Shown piece after piece: positions 63,010 to 64,000 of a stretch of 64,000 nt of DNA. The stretch is from the NCBI RefSeq assembly GCF_963921235.1, contig NC_086097.1, positions 14,136,001 to 14,200,000 of the forward strand. The letters are read 5' to 3'. Within the stretch, counting starts at the first letter, position 1, and each line of letters opens with the position of its first letter. The DNA comes from Mobula hypostoma. Lineage: Eukaryota. A model generated the notes under the pieces. That model did no database searches and was not told the DNA's origin. It was given only the letters and a program-made list of their open reading frames with translations. The translations under genes were made by a program, and so were the position numbers.

Positions 63010-64000
63010 GTCCAGACTTAGTTGTGCTAGGTCAATTGACCTAGTGAACAACCCACCTTTGCAACATAGGAGAAAAAGCAGAGTCCAAGCTAAACCCATA
63101 TGGTCACTGGGAGAACATGAAGATATCTATTCTGTTCATGGAGTTGTGGTTCCTCTTCTGAGCTCCATTCAGATCCAGGCAAAGAATTGCTTGAGATTCC
63201 TCAATCCATATCAAGCTGGGTTCTCAGCCACTTGATATCTCTTCTGGAGGTACTATTATTTCCTTGGTTAACCTCTTCCACCCTGCCTTAAGCTTCTCGT
63301 TGAGAGGCACTGGAACATGATCTTGTTGGATGTAGTCCAAGGCTACGTGGTCTGTGAGCAATTTTGCCTTCCAGTTTCCCTGTTCTGTAAAAGAACATCT
63401 GTACCTGCATCTGTCAGTAGTATGGTTGATGTGAATGCTTGTTTTGAAATGGACTTCGTGATCCCGTCATGATGTGTCCTTACCAGTCCCATCTGTTTTG
63501 CTGTACTACTTCCAAGGAAGGATATGACACCTTTCTACTATGATAAAATCTGAATTATCACTCTACTGATGCTTCAAGGTTCCTACCTTCTGAGAAGACC
63601 ACCAAGTGTGGTCTTATTGTTTGTCACTAGGACTTGACCCATTACATTTATCTGTGCAATCTCAAGGTTAATATCTTGCACTGGAGGGCCATTACACCTT
63701 GCTCCTGACTGAGTTTGAAATGTTATGGTTGACTTTGTAACGGTATTATGGTGGAGATAGATGTGACAAGTAGTCCTGGCACAATTGGCCTTGGTTATTC
63801 TTAGATACTTTTAGATACAACTGGTGCTCTGAAGCTGGCTCTGTCTCTGTCAGTCCTGCTTGACACATTTGCACTCTCCATGCACTTTAAACTTCCTTTT
63901 TGGAATTAGAATCAGAATCTGGTTTATTATCACTGTTTTATAGGCTGTTTTGCGGCAGCAGGCTATTTACAGCAAATACCGTATTTAGTATGTCCCAAAA

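Noticed and set aside
63..63235. Most short ORFs in the supplied track as host genes
   Set aside because: They are antisense or shifted frames of LINE/SINE relics, microsatellite translations or random ORFs; no recognisable host protein

Overview
Repeat-dense, apparently intronic or intergenic vertebrate DNA. The repeat set (HE1/V-SINE-type tRNA SINEs with HER1/CR1-type tails, many CR1 and Rex1/Babar fragments) points to an elasmobranch (shark/ray) genome; this is an inference. No host protein-coding exon could be recognised. The only long ORF (19536-21959, minus) is a young, 5'-truncated CR1 ORF2 (partial APE endonuclease plus RT). Other elements present: Penelope-like (GIY-YIG) 3' ends and many short Penelope-derived pieces carrying minimal hammerhead-ribozyme motifs (two are discrete inserts with 15-16 bp TSDs), a Harbinger deletion derivative, Tc1 relics and MITEs, hAT MITEs, two clear and one probable solo LTR, a HERO/NeSL-type restriction-like endonuclease fragment, several SINE families, microsatellites, and repeat-free AT-rich islands that may be conserved non-coding elements. 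Boundaries of old repeats are approximate and family names come from motif recognition by eye, not database searches.
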